From Acidimicrobiia bacterium (GTDB lineage: Bacteria; Actinomycetota; Acidimicrobiia; Spongiisociales; ZC4RG35), in contig JBGTHP010000025.1 of assembly GCA_041746105.1 (NCBI GenBank), positions 154,682 through 218,681 on the forward strand: a stretch of 64,000 bases of DNA, read 5' to 3'. The notes under the pieces are model-generated. The model made no database searches and had not been told where the DNA came from. It saw nothing but the letters and a program-made list of their open reading frames with translations. This document shows positions 47,610 through 57,074 of the stretch, piece by piece. Made by a program: the position numbers and the translations under genes. Each line of letters starts with the position of its first letter. Positions within the stretch are counted from its first letter, which is position 1.

Positions 47610-48520
47610 CGTAGTTTTGTCAACGTCCGCTCCACCAGCGGATCTCTACCGTCCCATGCGACGATGGCTTCGTCGACGGCTGCGGCGACCCAGCCATCCC
47701 GTCGGCCTATGGCGGCCCCGGCTTGGCGCCTGTCGGACGGCGCCTTTCGCTCACGGATGGACACAGAAGTTGCCCTTTCCAACAGGCTTCGAAAAACTGT
47801 CTGGCTGGCGGCGGGCCACGTCGACTCATAAAGCGGAAACGGCAGAACCACGGCCAGTGCGATTCCGGCTTCGATCGCGGCCTCGGCCGCCATTGTCTCC
47901 ACTCCAAGCCCCAAGCCGGAGACCACAACCAGGTCAGGATGCATCTCGCGTTTGGCTTTGATCACCCTGGTCAGTTCTGATCGGACGTGACGAGACGTCA
48001 GGTTTTCCTCGTAGCCGCCGAGTTCTGGTGGTTTCTGGCCCGTCACCAGGATTCGATACCCAGGGGCGAGACCGTCGGACTTCGCAGGTCCAGAAGCGCC
48101 TTTTGGGAGTTTTTCGACCTCGGCCACCGCAAGTTGGTCGGCAGCGTCGTTCCATCGATCGCCTGAATGCCCCTTTACCCACTTGAAATTGATGCCACCG
48201 GATTGATATGCCATCACTATCGGTTCCCACAGATCGCGGTTTGCCACAGGTTTGCGCTGGCTGTTGACCCACCCTCGCGCAAGCCAGCCTTTCCACCAAC
48301 CATCACGAAAACAGTTGACAAGGTATGTGGAGTCAGAAACGATCTCGAGTGGTCGTTCAAGGGTCGAGATCGCCTCGAGGGCGGCCCGCAGCTCCATGCG
48401 CTGATTGGTGGTCGGGTTCTCGCTCCCCGATGCCGACTCGCCGCCCGGCACCACCCACGCCCACCCTCCCGGGCCCGGGTTTCCGGAGCACGCCCCATCG
48501 GTGTAGACGGTTGTGGTCAT
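47564..48520 (-). CDS. rnhA: RNase HI fused to a C-terminal SLOG/Rossmann-like domain
   Basis: MTTTVYTDGACSGNPGPGGWAWVV...TNQRMEL...KGHSG RNase H motifs. C-terminal approximately 150 aa LVVVSGLGLGVETMAAEAA resembles a SLOG/YpsA-like fold (tentative). Confidence 0.75.
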   Translation of the reverse strand: MTTTVYTDGACSGNPGPGGWAWVVPGGESASGSENPTTNQRMELRAALEAISTLERPLEIVSDSTYLVNCFRDGWWKGWLARGWVNSQRKPVANRDLWEPIVMAYQSGGINFKWVKGHSGDRWNDAADQLAVAEVEKLPKGASGPAKSDGLAPGYRILVTGQKPPELGGYEENLTSRHVRSELTRVIKAKREMHPDLVVVSGLGLGVETMAAEAAIEAGIALAVVLPFPLYESTWPAASQTVFRSLLERATSVSIRERKAPSDRRQAGAAIGRRDGWVAAAVDEAIVAWDGRDPLVERTLTKLRQSLGEEDVWVIDVP

Positions 48521-48555
48521 GAGCTCATGATGGCAGCGCCACGAAGATCCTCGGA

Positions 48556-49431
48556 ATGATCGGTTCAGTCGACCAGTATTTGCGCATGGAGCGAAAAGCA
48601 GATTGGTACCCCGACCCCTCGCGCCGTCATCAGGTGAGGTATTGGGATGGGACCGGGTGGACAGAACACGTTGCCAATGACGGTGTGTCAGGCAGTGATC
48701 CGGTCGACGGACTCGATCGCCTCGATGCAGCCCTGACCCTCGACGAGGCCAATGATCCGGAGAAGATCCGGCGACAGGTCTCCGAAACAGGGGCGAGGGG
48801 GGCGGGTTTGGGTGAAACCGCATCGGGAGGAGGGACACTTTTCACGGAGCCTGTTCTCGTCGTGAATCAGAAGGCAAAGTTGATCGAACTGGCTGCTCAG
48901 TATGGGATATTCGATTCCAAAGGGAATCAGATCGGATCGGTGAACCAGACCGGTCAGAGCGCCCTCAAAAAAGCGGCGAGGCTGTTGCTCGACGTCGATC
49001 AATACATGACGCACCATTACGAAGTCCTCGACCGTTCTGGTCAGCTCGTCATGCGCCTCACCAGACCCCGCAAGATCTTCAAGTCGAAAATTCTCGTGAC
49101 CGATGCGAACGGATCCGAGATCGGCGGTATCAGCCAGGAGAACATGATCGGGAAGATCAATTTCGGGCTGCACGCCGGAGGCAACCGACTCGGAGCGATC
49201 AAGGCAGAAAACTGGCGAGCTTGGAATTTCAGGATCGAGGACGCCGGCGGCGAGGAGATCGCGAGAATCACCAAAACGTGGGAGGGGATCGCCAAGACTC
49301 TCTTCACCACGGCCGACAACTACGTCGTGCAAATCCATCGTCCGATAGAGCAACCGCTCCTATCGATTGTGATTGCCGCTGCGGTTTCGATCGACACTGC
49401 TCTGAAACAAGACGAGCGAGGACTGAACTGA
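48556..49431 (+). CDS. DUF2510 (WYPDP...RYWDGTxWT) N-terminal domain protein with LURP-one/scramblase-like C-terminal domain
   Basis: DWYPDPSRRHQVRYWDGTGWTEH motif. C-terminal tubby/LOR-like repeat pattern. Confidence 0.55.
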   Translation: MIGSVDQYLRMERKADWYPDPSRRHQVRYWDGTGWTEHVANDGVSGSDPVDGLDRLDAALTLDEANDPEKIRRQVSETGARGAGLGETASGGGTLFTEPVLVVNQKAKLIELAAQYGIFDSKGNQIGSVNQTGQSALKKAARLLLDVDQYMTHHYEVLDRSGQLVMRLTRPRKIFKSKILVTDANGSEIGGISQENMIGKINFGLHAGGNRLGAIKAENWRAWNFRIEDAGGEEIARITKTWEGIAKTLFTTADNYVVQIHRPIEQPLLSIVIAAAVSIDTALKQDERGLN

Positions 49432-49454
49432 CCGCCGTCCGGTAGCCTCGGAGC

Positions 49455-50354
49455 GTGCCAGAGTTGCCGGATATCGTTGTCTACCTCGAAGCGCTGGAAC
49501 GTCATGTCGTCGGTAAGCCGATTGCGGCGTTCAAGGTGGCATCCCCTTCTTTGTTGAGGACGTTCAAGCCGTCGTATCAGGCGATCGAGGGTCGCGCCGT
49601 GGCCGGGGTGTCCCGCATCGGGAAACGAATCGTGTGGGATGTTGAGGGAGGTCTATACCTTGTCATCCACCTGATGATCGCCGGCCGGCTCAAATGGACC
49701 GACAAGCCGGGAGGTGCCGTGCCCAAAAAGGTGGGGCTCGCCGCCTGGGACTTTGACGACGGGCGCCTGCTCCTGACCGAACAGGGCACCCACAAACGCG
49801 CCGGAGTCTGGTTATTCGACGACGTTGAGGTCTTGCGGGCCGAAAACCGGGGTGGGATCGAACCGCTGGATTCCGACTTGGCTGCCTTTTCTTCTGCATT
49901 GACAGCGGAGAACCGAACGCTGAAAAGGGCGCTGACCGACCCCAGGATCTTCTCAGGAATCGGCAATGCATACTCCGACGAAATCCTCTGGGAGGCATTT
50001 CTGTCGCCTGTGAAAAGAACAGGGCAGATGTCGGCTGATGAAATCCAGCGTCTCCACATCGCCACCGGGGTGTCGTTGCGAAAGTGGACGGACCTGCTCC
50101 GCCGAGAGGTGGGGGATGGATGGCCCACAAAAGTCACTGCGTTTCGGCCAGAAATGGCGGTTCACGGAAAATTCGGTGAAGCGTGTCCTCGATGTGGAGA
50201 CCCGGTCCAGAGGATCGTTTACGCATCGAACGAGACGAATTATTGCGCCACCTGCCAGACCGGAGGAAAGTTGCTGGCAGACCGATCACTGTCCAGGCTT
50301 CTGGGCGAGGATTGGCCAAAGACACTGGAAGAACTCGAGGAGCGACGTTCGTGA
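49455..50354 (+). CDS. Fpg/Nei-family DNA glycosylase/AP lyase
   Basis: MPELPDIVVY N-terminal PE-catalytic motif. C-terminal CPRCG...CATCQ zinc finger. Confidence 0.85.
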   Translation: MPELPDIVVYLEALERHVVGKPIAAFKVASPSLLRTFKPSYQAIEGRAVAGVSRIGKRIVWDVEGGLYLVIHLMIAGRLKWTDKPGGAVPKKVGLAAWDFDDGRLLLTEQGTHKRAGVWLFDDVEVLRAENRGGIEPLDSDLAAFSSALTAENRTLKRALTDPRIFSGIGNAYSDEILWEAFLSPVKRTGQMSADEIQRLHIATGVSLRKWTDLLRREVGDGWPTKVTAFRPEMAVHGKFGEACPRCGDPVQRIVYASNETNYCATCQTGGKLLADRSLSRLLGEDWPKTLEELEERRS

Positions 50355-50399
50355 GGCCGTAGATCTTGGTAACGGCGAACTCACCGAATCAGTCGCGGC

Positions 50400-52868
50400 C
50401 TATTCCGCCCCGATCAATTTTGCCACTTCGGCGCGTGCCAGTTCCGCCACACCCTGGGCTTTGAGCAACCGGCGCGCTACGGACGTAGCCCGTGCCTCGG
50501 CCTCTTCGAAACCGGCGGCGTCTGGCCCGGACTGGTCGGTCCCGTTGGTCCGGAGAGAATCGAGTTCGGCTTCGGCCTGAGCCATTTGCACCTCGAGCGT
50601 TCTCAACCTCTCGACCGCGGTTTCGGCTCGTTCTTCTGCTTCGGCCAAAAGGCCGTGGCGTCCTGTCTCCGGTCCGGCGTTCAGCTCAACCGGCGCAGCA
50701 GCCATCACGGCTGCCGCCAGGGGAAGGCGGGCGATGAGGGCGTCCACGGGCTGATCGAACAGAGTGATCAGTTCGTTCTGCCGGACCTTTGCGGGCAGTA
50801 GCACCAGGGCGGCGTCTGCTGATTCGCCCGCAACCGCGGTTGCAAACGCGCCACGCACGGCTCGGAGGGTGGCGGGGATTCGCGCTTCTTCCAACACGTC
50901 TGCCAGTTGGCTCTCGATCTCGGCTTGTTCGTCGGCGTTGGTGGCGCTGGCGAGGAGGCGGATCTTCGAGTCCGCCCAGTCCGGGGTCCGGGTGAACAAG
51001 TATGCTGCCAACAGGGCGAGTCGACTGGCGTCATCGTCACGCCACCAGACATCGATACGCCGGTCCTGCCTGGCTTCCGAGATAGTCCAACGGGCCTGAT
51101 CGGTGGTTGCACACACCACGTTTGAACCAAACCGGATCACATTTGCCACTGCCCGTCCAAAAGAACGGTGGGGATCGCTGCCGGTCAGCTCGCTCCAGCC
51201 GAACAGGACCGTGTTCGCCTTCAGCGGACCCACCCCAAATGACTGGACGATGACGGGCAAAGCCTCCATCGCATCGGGGGCGAGGACAGCCAATGGAAAA
51301 ACGTCGAGGTCGAGTGACTCCACTTGTTTCTCCAACTCACGCTGGACTTCCTGGCGGTGCCGGCGCATGATTGCCCCCTCACCGCTCAACACCTGCACGA
51401 CGGCGGCCAGTCCACTGCCTCCTTCCAGCCAGCCTGCAAAACGCATCAGTCTTTCGCGTCGGTCGGCATCGGCCGAGAACGCAAGAACCTGTGGACGCCA
51501 GTTGCGAGCGTGCTCCTGCTCCCCGGACAGCGCCCGGATGCTCTCGACGGCTCGTGAGAAGTAGTGGGCGTGTGAGGCGTCGGCCCAACGTTCTGGCCGG
51601 CTTGTGCCCCTCAGATACTGGTAGATGCCAAAGATCACGATGACGGCGGCCACGCCGGCGGTGGGGCTGATCGCCAGCATGGCTCCGAGGCAGGCGATCG
51701 CTCCCAGCAGGCTCAGTCGTTTGTCGAAGAAGCGGAACCTCGGGCGGAATGAAGGGCTTGCGGCTCTTGCCTCGTAGTAGGTGGCGTAGTTGATCAGCCC
51801 GTATGAGATGAGGAAAAACATCGAAACGACCGGGGCGATGACATTCAGGCTGCCAAGAGCGATGGTGGCCAAAGCCAGTCCGAGTGAGAGAAGAACGGCT
51901 CGACGTGGGTTGGCACTTGGCCCGTATCCCTTGGCAAAGGGGTTGAGCACGGAAAAAACGCGGTCCGACGCCAGAGATTGGAGGATGCGAGGCGCTCCCA
52001 GGAAGGAAGCCATCGCAGAAGACAAGGTGGCCGCGATGACGCCGGCATCGATGAGAAGGGGAATCCAGGCGACACCTCGCATTGCCCCGGTTTCGACGGC
52101 GAGGGTCTCGAGCGAAATAGAACCGGCGAGGAGGACGGTGATGCTCAAATAGACGACGGTCGAGATCCCCACTGCGGCGAAGGTCCCAATCGGCAAGCTC
52201 TTGCCCGGGTTTTTCAAGTCACCCGACATGCTTACACCTTGAGTGAAACCTGTCACGGCTGGAAAGAAGATTGCAAAAAGGGCCCAGAAACCGAGGGCGG
52301 TTTTTGGTCCGGCCCAGGAATCGGCGAGGATCGAACCATCGAATTCGCCGACGGTCCCGACGTAGATCGATGCGAGCGCACCGACCAGTAGTGCCATTAC
52401 GACAAACTGAAATCGGCTGGCCACGTCGGCTCCGAGCCAGGCAAGCAGGAACAAACCGGCAACCGCGATTGCCGCGATGAATTGAGGCGCTCGTGCCGCC
52501 TCCCAGCCGACGATGTCCGATATCGCTTCACCAAACCCGATCGCGTAGAACGAGATCGATACCGATTGTGCAAGGAAGAGGACTATGCCGATGGCCCCAC
52601 CGAACTCAACCCCAAGCGTGCGTGAGATGAGGTAGTAGTCCCCGCCGGCCTTGACGTCGATGTTGGTCGAGATTGCAGCCAAGGAGATGCTGGTCAGGAT
52701 CGACACCGCGGTCGCGACTCCAATGATGGCGAGGGTGTTTCCGAGGCCTCCGTTTCCCACCACATAACCAAGGCGGAGGAAGAGGATGATGCCAAGGATC
52801 GTGAGGATCGACGGGGTGAAGACACCGGCGAAAGTGCCGAGTGTGCCTTTCCCGTTTGTTCGATCCAC
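50400..52868 (-). CDS. cation-chloride cotransporter (SLC12/CCC)-family transporter with large C-terminal cytoplasmic domain
   Basis: N-terminus closely matches the CCC family. GTG start at 52868 with AGGAGA RBS. The listed ORF extends to 53000 across a LexA box, which is unlikely to be coding. Confidence 0.8.
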   Translation of the reverse strand: MDRTNGKGTLGTFAGVFTPSILTILGIILFLRLGYVVGNGGLGNTLAIIGVATAVSILTSISLAAISTNIDVKAGGDYYLISRTLGVEFGGAIGIVLFLAQSVSISFYAIGFGEAISDIVGWEAARAPQFIAAIAVAGLFLLAWLGADVASRFQFVVMALLVGALASIYVGTVGEFDGSILADSWAGPKTALGFWALFAIFFPAVTGFTQGVSMSGDLKNPGKSLPIGTFAAVGISTVVYLSITVLLAGSISLETLAVETGAMRGVAWIPLLIDAGVIAATLSSAMASFLGAPRILQSLASDRVFSVLNPFAKGYGPSANPRRAVLLSLGLALATIALGSLNVIAPVVSMFFLISYGLINYATYYEARAASPSFRPRFRFFDKRLSLLGAIACLGAMLAISPTAGVAAVIVIFGIYQYLRGTSRPERWADASHAHYFSRAVESIRALSGEQEHARNWRPQVLAFSADADRRERLMRFAGWLEGGSGLAAVVQVLSGEGAIMRRHRQEVQRELEKQVESLDLDVFPLAVLAPDAMEALPVIVQSFGVGPLKANTVLFGWSELTGSDPHRSFGRAVANVIRFGSNVVCATTDQARWTISEARQDRRIDVWWRDDDASRLALLAAYLFTRTPDWADSKIRLLASATNADEQAEIESQLADVLEEARIPATLRAVRGAFATAVAGESADAALVLLPAKVRQNELITLFDQPVDALIARLPLAAAVMAAAPVELNAGPETGRHGLLAEAEERAETAVERLRTLEVQMAQAEAELDSLRTNGTDQSGPDAAGFEEAEARATSVARRLLKAQGVAELARAEVAKLIGAE

Positions 52869-52973
52869 GTTTGTTCTCCTGTCGAAATCGAGTCTGCGAG
52901 GCGCAACGTTACAAGGCCCCACCGTGATTGAGAGGCAGAGTGACCATGGCAGTTTTTTGTGTAGGTATCGACC

Positions 52974-53001
52974 TTGACATCGAACATACGTTCGATACAA
53001 T
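52974..53001 (+). promoter_or_regulatory. sigma70-like promoter TTGACA-N16-TACAAT with embedded LexA/SOS box TCGAACATACGTTCGA
   Basis: -35 TTGACA at 52974-52979. Perfect Actinobacteria/Gram-positive-type LexA palindrome at 52980-52995. -10 TACAAT at 52996-53001. Located upstream of imuA'-imuB. Confidence 0.7.
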
Positions 53002-53209
53002 CACTTGCCCTCAACTCGAGTGAGTTTCGGCTTTTAGAGCCTCAAACACGGGCTCGTCACCCTGTGCCACGAACAAGGCATGAGGCCAGAAGGAGGTTGG
53101 AGTGGGCGAGGTTGGAGTGGGTATTGAGTCAAATTCGATTTGACCAGGAAAGTATGCAAACCGAGTCAATAGGTTTGGATGCCAACCGGATCGCCGTAGC
53201 GAGGGCAAG

Positions 53210-53905
53210 ATGCTCGAACATTCGCTTTTGAGTTCCGTTCTCACCGATGGATCATCGAGTGGGCAGATGTTCGACCGTTGGGATCTCTCAACTCGTATCC
53301 AGGATCCCGTTCAGGATCTGTTGAGATTGCAGCCGGGTCGTCCGGTCGAACTGATCGGACCGCTTGGTTTCGGGTTGTCGCGTCTGGGTTATCGCCTTCT
53401 TGCCGAGCCATCCCAGCAGGCGCCTGTGGTCGTCCTGGATGTGAGAGGTTGGGTTTCGCCTCAGGCTGTCTGGGAAGCGGGAGTTGAACAAGACCGATTG
53501 GTCATCGTCTCATGTCCTGATGAACGAGTGTGGCCCAAGGTTGTCGCTGCTTTGTGCGAAGGAGTGAAAGCCATCTATGCCGAAGTACCGACCGGTGTCA
53601 AAGATCAGGACCTAAGACGACTGGCAGCCTTGGTCAGGGCGCGCCAGGTAGGTCTGGGTCTCAGGCCTTTGGGCGGTCCGCTTCCTTCAGGGATAGCCCA
53701 TCTTCGGTTGCGTCCCATAGAGGTGCGTTGGTCGGGAAATGACCGGGGTCATGGCCGTTTGAGTAAGCGAACCCTGGTTCTGGAGGCCGAAGGCCGAGGG
53801 GTTTCAGGGATCACACGAAGAATCGAGGTGGAAGACGATGGCACGGACACTGTGCGTGTGGTTTCCGGATTGGTCACTGGGAGCCCCAGGCACGCCGTCG
53901 GGTGA
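53210..53905 (+). CDS. imuA': ImuA'-like SOS mutagenesis cassette protein
   Basis: Position upstream of imuB downstream of a LexA box. Size approximately 230 aa. No strong motif. Confidence 0.6.
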   Translation: MLEHSLLSSVLTDGSSSGQMFDRWDLSTRIQDPVQDLLRLQPGRPVELIGPLGFGLSRLGYRLLAEPSQQAPVVVLDVRGWVSPQAVWEAGVEQDRLVIVSCPDERVWPKVVAALCEGVKAIYAEVPTGVKDQDLRRLAALVRARQVGLGLRPLGGPLPSGIAHLRLRPIEVRWSGNDRGHGRLSKRTLVLEAEGRGVSGITRRIEVEDDGTDTVRVVSGLVTGSPRHAVG

Positions 53906-55304
53906 ACCGGTGATGGTGGTGGGCGAGGCCGGTCGCGTGGTGGCGGCTTCGGCTCAGGCACGCCTGACCGGCGTCGATTTGGGTATGCCTCGGCGGCAGG
54001 CGGAGATGACGGCTCCTGGAGCCAAGGTGCTTTCCCGTGATGTGGCCGAGGAGTGGCAGCGATTCGAAGCCGTGGTTGCTGCCATCGAGGAGATCGTTCC
54101 CAAGGTCGAGGTGGTGGAACCCGGTCTTGCTTTTGTCCCTCTGGCCGGTGCCATCCGCTACTACGGCGGTGAAGAAACGTTGATCGAGATCCTCTCATCA
54201 AAGCTGGAACTCCATGGTCCGCGGTTGGGTGTGGCCGACGGACCATTCGCGGCATCTTGGGCAGCAAGGGAATCTTCGGCCGGCTCGCCAAACATCGTGT
54301 ATGACACCAAGCAGTTCCTGGCCGATCTGGATGTCGCCGCCCTCACCGGCGAAAGCCCTGATGCCGAACATCTGGTCGCAACTTTTCGGTGGCTGGGAGT
54401 GACCACCCTTGGCGCTTTGGCGCAACTCCCGCGCGAGGCATTGGCTTCGCGTTTTGGTGCATCAGGACTCGTCATGCACCGACTTGCCCACGGCGAGGAT
54501 CGGATGCTCGACCCAAGGGACATTCCAGTCGAACTGGCGGTGGAGGCCGTTTACGAGGACCCATTGGAAAATCTCGATCAGGCCGGTTTTGCGGCAAGGG
54601 CAACAGCGGCGCGACTCATGAATGGACTACACGGCCGTGGTTTGGCACCTCACCGTGTCGTGATCGAAATGGAATCGGCTCGAGGTGAGATTCGAAACAG
54701 AGTTTGGCGCTCGCTCGATCCGTTCACAGAGAACGCCCTGGCCGATCGAATCTGGTGGCAGTTGCGAGCTTGGTTGGAAGCAGGTCAGATCCAAGGGGGG
54801 ATTACTCGTCTGAAACTCGACCCTTCCGATACATCGGGGAGCGGGCGTCAATTGGCATTTTTTGAAGATGTTGGAGCAAGACTCGAGGCAGAACGTGCCT
54901 TGGCGAGGGCTCAGGCCCTGCTCGAACCCAATTCCGTCCGTCAAGCCGTGCCAAAAGGAGGAAGGATGCCAGATGAGCAGGTTGTCTGGTATCGGTGGGG
55001 AGAGCCTCCTCCGCCACGTGATCTTGAAGCTCCCTGGCCTGGTCGAACCCCTCGCCCCACACCCAGTCTGATCCCTCCAAGACCTCATCCGCTCGAAATC
55101 GAGTGGGACGAGGGGCATCCAGTTCGGATCCGGCTCGGCTCACGTTGGGAGCCGGTGATCAATTGGAGTGGCCCCTGGCGTCTCGTCCGCAAATGGTGGG
55201 CCGGTGAACAACCGGTTGACCGTTATCAGTTGGTGACGTCGGCGGGAGCGTTTTTGTGTCTTGTTGATGGTGATGGAGCTCGTTTGGTCGGTGTTTATGA
55301 CTGA
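53838..55304 (+). CDS. imuB: ImuB, Y-family-polymerase-like inactive paralog
   Basis: MARTLCVWFPDW N-terminus typical of ImuB. Y-family palm/finger-like sequence without the DE catalytic dyad obvious. Overlaps the imuA' 3' end in another frame. Confidence 0.8.
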   Translation: MARTLCVWFPDWSLGAPGTPSGEPVMVVGEAGRVVAASAQARLTGVDLGMPRRQAEMTAPGAKVLSRDVAEEWQRFEAVVAAIEEIVPKVEVVEPGLAFVPLAGAIRYYGGEETLIEILSSKLELHGPRLGVADGPFAASWAARESSAGSPNIVYDTKQFLADLDVAALTGESPDAEHLVATFRWLGVTTLGALAQLPREALASRFGASGLVMHRLAHGEDRMLDPRDIPVELAVEAVYEDPLENLDQAGFAARATAARLMNGLHGRGLAPHRVVIEMESARGEIRNRVWRSLDPFTENALADRIWWQLRAWLEAGQIQGGITRLKLDPSDTSGSGRQLAFFEDVGARLEAERALARAQALLEPNSVRQAVPKGGRMPDEQVVWYRWGEPPPPRDLEAPWPGRTPRPTPSLIPPRPHPLEIEWDEGHPVRIRLGSRWEPVINWSGPWRLVRKWWAGEQPVDRYQLVTSAGAFLCLVDGDGARLVGVYD

Positions 55305-55352
55305 CGATCGATCACCCGGACCTCAGCAGTTCTCCGTCCCTGCGAACACCTT

Positions 55353-56087
55353 CTAGCGCAGCGCCATTTCCCGTAGCCGGCTCTCGATCAACGCGTGAGT
55401 CTCGGACCGGAGCCGATCGATATCGCCTCGCCCGAGTCCTTCGGTAGGGATCGGTGTGTCGATCATGACATCCACTCGACCTGGTCGGATGGTCATGGCG
55501 CCTGGTTGCCACATCTCCCAGGTACCTTTGATCGTCACCGGAAGAATCGGCATCCCCGCAGCAACCGCCATCGTGAAGGCTCCCTTCTTGAAGGTCCGCA
55601 GCTCACCGTTTCGACTCCGAGTTCCCTCCGGATAGATGATCAGCGAGTGTCCCCGTGCGATCACCTGCGAGGACTGAAAATTGACCGAGTCGATCGCTGC
55701 ACCCTTCGCTTGACGGTCCACCTCGACAATTCCGATCGCCTTCATCGCAGTTCGCAAGAGAGGGATCGCAAACAATTCCTTTTTTGCCAGGTAGCGGATC
55801 GGGATCGGCAGAGCCTGGAAACAGACCATTACATCGAAGTTCGAAACGTGGTTTGCCACGACCACATACGAATGTGTCGGATCGACGTTTTCTGTCCCCG
55901 AAATCGTCAGCTCGCACCCGGCCGGCACCAGCCATGACCGCGCCCACGCCTTGATCAGGGATTCGATGAAATGACCGTCCGGTCGTACCCGCGAATAGGC
56001 GATGACAGCGATTGCTATGAACCCTGTGGATAACAGCCCCGAGAGCAGGGTGAGCAGCGTGCGAGGTACAGCGATTATGGCTCGCAT
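55353..56087 (-). CDS. plsC: 1-acyl-sn-glycerol-3-phosphate acyltransferase
   Basis: VVANHVSNFD (HX4D) and YPEGTRS motifs. Confidence 0.8.
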   Translation of the reverse strand: MRAIIAVPRTLLTLLSGLLSTGFIAIAVIAYSRVRPDGHFIESLIKAWARSWLVPAGCELTISGTENVDPTHSYVVVANHVSNFDVMVCFQALPIPIRYLAKKELFAIPLLRTAMKAIGIVEVDRQAKGAAIDSVNFQSSQVIARGHSLIIYPEGTRSRNGELRTFKKGAFTMAVAAGMPILPVTIKGTWEMWQPGAMTIRPGRVDVMIDTPIPTEGLGRGDIDRLRSETHALIESRLREMALR

Positions 56088-56142
56088 CGAAAGGGACGAT
56101 AGCGAGGTGATGCCACAGCAACTAGCTCGTTAGCGTGGTCGG

Positions 56143-56694
56143 ATGGACAAACCTTCACTGCGGACATGGGCAATGCACCTGACGCCGCCGAGCACTGCGG
56201 AGAATCGGGACGTCGTCGAAAACCTGGTGCGCTGGTTGTCCCTCCAGCCGGCCACGACCGTGCTCGTGTACTTGTCGATGGCGGGAGAACTGGCTGCAGA
56301 GCAGGTTGTCCCCCGCAGTCCGCAGCACAGATTCGCCACGACACGAACACCGGCCAAAGGTCCTTTGACGATTCACGACTTCGACGCCCCACGAGAGCGG
56401 CATCGTTTCGGCTACGAGCAGCCCTCGGAGGAGTCATCGGTGCTGGACGGCAGAGAAATCGGAATCGTATTGGCTCCGGGACTTGCGTTCGACGGCCAAG
56501 GCAATCGTCTGGGATGGGGCAAAGGTTATTACGACCAGTTGCTCGCCTCCCTGAAGGCAGAAGTTGTCGGCGTCACGTTGGATCGGCGCATGGCAAAGGT
56601 GGTGCCACACGAGGCGCACGATGTCAGAGTGGACTGGCTGGCCACGGAATCAGGAGTTGTTCTGGCGATTCAGCCGGCAGACGCAGACCAGTGA
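56143..56694 (+). CDS. 5-formyltetrahydrofolate cyclo-ligase
   Basis: GWGKGYYDQLL signature. Confidence 0.8.
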   Translation: MDKPSLRTWAMHLTPPSTAENRDVVENLVRWLSLQPATTVLVYLSMAGELAAEQVVPRSPQHRFATTRTPAKGPLTIHDFDAPRERHRFGYEQPSEESSVLDGREIGIVLAPGLAFDGQGNRLGWGKGYYDQLLASLKAEVVGVTLDRRMAKVVPHEAHDVRVDWLATESGVVLAIQPADADQ

Positions 56695-57074
56695 GTTGAC
56701 CTTTCGACCGTGATCCTGATCCCCGACCCTCGCGGCGGACGATCTCGATAGGGCTCATATTTCGACACCAGAGCCGCGGTGTCGGCCGAGCTGAGGAGGT
56801 TGACGACGGTGGCCCGTCCGTCCAGTCGATACCACCAGAGAGCGGTCCAATCATCGTCATAGTGATCGACGAGGATGCTGACTCGCGGATCGTCTTCGAT
56901 GTTCTCAATACGTTGGAGGGCGGATGTCGTCTTCGGCTTGTGGTCGATGGGTGAAATGATTCCGCCATCGACCACTGCGAAGACGATCGGCACGAGGTGA
57001 GGCGTCCCGTCAGGGGTGACCGTGGCAAGTCGGGCGATCGGGGCCGAGAAGACTCGGCCGGGAATGGTGATCAT
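56670..57074 (-). CDS. PPOX-class (pyridoxamine-5'-phosphate-oxidase-like, probably F420-dependent) protein
   Basis: Split-barrel FMN/F420-binding family pattern (RLATVTPDGTPHLVPIVF...DHYDDDW). Start at internal M. Confidence 0.6.
   Translation of the reverse strand: MITIPGRVFSAPIARLATVTPDGTPHLVPIVFAVVDGGIISPIDHKPKTTSALQRIENIEDDPRVSILVDHYDDDWTALWWYRLDGRATVVNLLSSADTAALVSKYEPYRDRPPRGSGIRITVERSTHWSASAG

Noticed and set aside
52869-53000. Extension of the transporter ORF to an ATG at 53000 (866 aa).
   Set aside because: The extension would translate through a perfect LexA box and a -35/-10 promoter. A GTG with AGGAGA RBS at 52868 immediately precedes the conserved transporter N-terminus.
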